A stretch of 64,000 nt of DNA from Nitrosopumilus sp. GTDB taxonomy: Archaea; Thermoproteota; Nitrososphaeria; Nitrososphaerales; Nitrosopumilaceae. Positions 61,997 through 64,000 of this stretch are shown here, one piece after another (position 1 is the stretch's first letter; every line of letters starts with the position of its first letter). The stretch covers positions 1,600,001 through 1,664,000 of the forward strand of contig OZ244732.1 of NCBI GenBank assembly GCA_965219345.1, given 5' to 3'. The position numbers and the translations under genes were made by a program. The notes beneath the pieces are model-generated. The model did not search any database. It saw nothing but the letters and a program-made list of their open reading frames with translations, and had not been told where the DNA came from.

Positions 61997-62830
61997 TCAA
62001 TTATTCACCACTAACACATAATCAAGCAATAATGAGAAAGTGTCCTCATCTCTGTTGCTGTATCTCCATTCCATCTCCTTGATGTACAACAGAAACCTTT
62101 CAGAACCAACACCATGATGCTCTGCCATCCTCTCTTTTGCAAAACTCCAAAAAGATTCAGTTCCATTGATGTACATACCACCTTTTCCAAACGTCTTACT
62201 GTGGCCAGCTGACAAGTGACGATATCCACGAAACATCAATGAATCATAACCTTTCGACTTGTCCGCATACACAATGCTTCCTTTCTTTGCTTTCTTGATG
62301 GTTCCAGCAAGCAATGTTTTGGCTTTCACATTAGTGACAGTCTCAATGTGAACCTTTCCTTTTCTCTCCAGTATTCCAAATACTATCGCCTTGTTTTTGG
62401 CACCACGTCCACGATTTCCATTTCTTCTGCCCCAAAAATACGCCGCCTCGTCAGCCTCAATTTTGCCCTTTGGTTTCCTGTCTGATTTTGCAAGATGGTA
62501 CGGTATGGAATACCTGATACAGTCAAATGCATTTGGTGCAGCTGGATAACTGACATCTGCTTCTCTTGCTGCACGTCTTGCACTAATCCCAAGATCAGGG
62601 AGTTTGATTAGAGCCAACCATTTTGTAAAATCAATGTTGATAATGTCAAACCATGTTCCACCAAATGGTCTGAACCTGTTTTGCAACCCTTGCATCTTAG
62701 CTTTCATCTTGAGATGATATGGTAATTTTTGGAATCACATAATGTGCAATGGATTGTGTCTTTCTTTTGGAATTGTCTGCATAGAAATTCCAATGCAGTG
62801 GATTTGTTGTAAATTATTTTGGATAATTCA
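61997..62830 (-). mobile_element. IS1595-family transposase, degenerate
   Basis: IEADE, RGRGAKNK, VFGILER, YADK..GY, ING.ESFW; N-terminal zinc ribbon (CTLC...CKGC) out of frame upstream of 62707. Confidence 0.85.
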
Positions 62831-63319
62831 ATTAGATTGGTTGTTTTTCTCAATAATTATGTGAAATTAGTTGGCGGTAATAGGTTTACAATCACCAATT
62901 CATAATCCAGAATAAAGTTACAAAATAGAGATATTCCATATTTTACAAGCTCGGTAGATTTTACAGATTTACAGTTCGAGGTCACATTATTTTACATAGT
63001 GGAGGCGATGGATAATAGATCATATTTTTTCCATATTCTACACACACTTACATGAAAATGGTCTATTTTCAACCACGGACACCACAATTCACACATTAGC
63101 CAAATTAAATCATGCCCCCATGGCGGAAATAGTAAATGGCAAAAAATTGTCTCACTTTGGTTTGGGTATGTTTATACCATACAATAAGCCAGACAAGTCT
63201 TGATCATAACTAATTCTCATTTTCAATGCCTGGAATTAATTGATGGTTAGTATCTGATTGCAGTTTGTTGAAGAGTTCTACCAAGAAACAATTTTTAGAT
63301 ACAATACTATCTACACCAT

Positions 63320-64000
63320 ATGACACGCCCAAAAATTACCAAATCGCTTAAAGGTGCTCTTGGTGAGACATACTACAAGGAGCTATGCTCACAAAGAGGT
63401 TGGGCATACTGCTCGCTTGAGACCATACACGGTTGCAAAAATCTTGGTGACGTTGTTTTTAAGATGGGTTTTGAGAGGTTTCGAGTACACATTCCAGAAT
63501 CCATAAGACCCGAGGTTCTTCAAATATCAGAACCATCCAACCGTTCTTCTTATAATCCAAGCTTTGTGTTTGACTATCTTGCATGTAAAATAGAGCAAGC
63601 AAACACCTCACATATCCAGCATCCAAGCGATTTCTGCTGGGCAGAAGTAAAGACCGGGTTGGGAATATTCTCAGACAGTCAATACAAGACATTATCAGAC
63701 ATACGCCTGCCGATTGCTGTCTTTTACATAGAGAATGTTTTGAGCAAGCCGGAGTATATCGACATGGATTTTGACATGATGACAGGGAAGGCATTTGCGC
63801 GCACTTTGACAAGTACAGAGGATGAATATGAGAACAACAATGGAAATATCTATGGTAATAGCCCGGATAACAACTATAGGAATAGCTACAATAACAAACA
63901 TGGCTCACAACTACATGGGATAATGGCAAAATTCAGCAGCATGTGCAAAATATGTAAACGTAAAATAACAGCAGGTAAGGACAGAGTTGCACAAGATAGA
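63320..64000 (+). CDS. PD-(D/E)XK-family nuclease with C-terminal CxxC; runs off the window (absent from ORF track)
   Basis: Hand translation, 227 open codons: KGALGE ... FVFDY ... WAEVKTG ... SQ, then AKFSSMCKICKRKITAG. Confidence 0.78.
   Translation, partial: MTRPKITKSLKGALGETYYKELCSQRGWAYCSLETIHGCKNLGDVVFKMGFERFRVHIPESIRPEVLQISEPSNRSSYNPSFVFDYLACKIEQANTSHIQHPSDFCWAEVKTGLGIFSDSQYKTLSDIRLPIAVFYIENVLSKPEYIDMDFDMMTGKAFARTLTSTEDEYENNNGNIYGNSPDNNYRNSYNNKHGSQLHGIMAKFSSMCKICKRKITAGKDRVAQDR

Noticed and set aside
63459-63929. 156-aa and 68-aa minus-strand ORFs
   Set aside because: Shadows of the + strand nuclease ORF starting at 63320

Overview
Archaeal window from a Nitrosopumilus-like ammonia-oxidising thaumarchaeote; the IS debris, sulfotransferases and CRISPR suggest a host-associated, e.g. 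sponge-symbiont, lineage (inference). The AT-rich core holds thrC, a CNNM transporter, type II GAPDH, DsbA, HMG-CoA synthase, bioDABF, CcdA/DipZ, a CdvB/ESCRT-III gene, proteasome alpha, a SPOUT methyltransferase, the rpl3-rpl6 ribosomal cluster (uL24 carries 13 x 42-bp tandem repeats) and tRNA-Asn(GTT). Three accessory regions interrupt it. (1) 5.2-10.5 kb: a GC-rich sulfotransferase / GT2 / sulfotransferase cassette bracketed by two inverted IS110 non-coding ends that fold like bridge RNAs, with IS5, IS6 and MITE debris. (2) 14.9-16.5 kb: a small decayed island with a 52-bp direct repeat. (3) From tRNA-Asn onward: a complete type I-G (I-U) CRISPR-Cas locus (cas4/1, cas2, about 164 repeats counted by eye, convergent csb2-csb1-csx17-cas3), a repeat-spacer-repeat unit that looks like an off-target spacer integration, a broken DEDD exonuclease, a broken IS1595 and a PD-(D/E)XK nuclease running off the window end. 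All calls are by eye; no searches were run.
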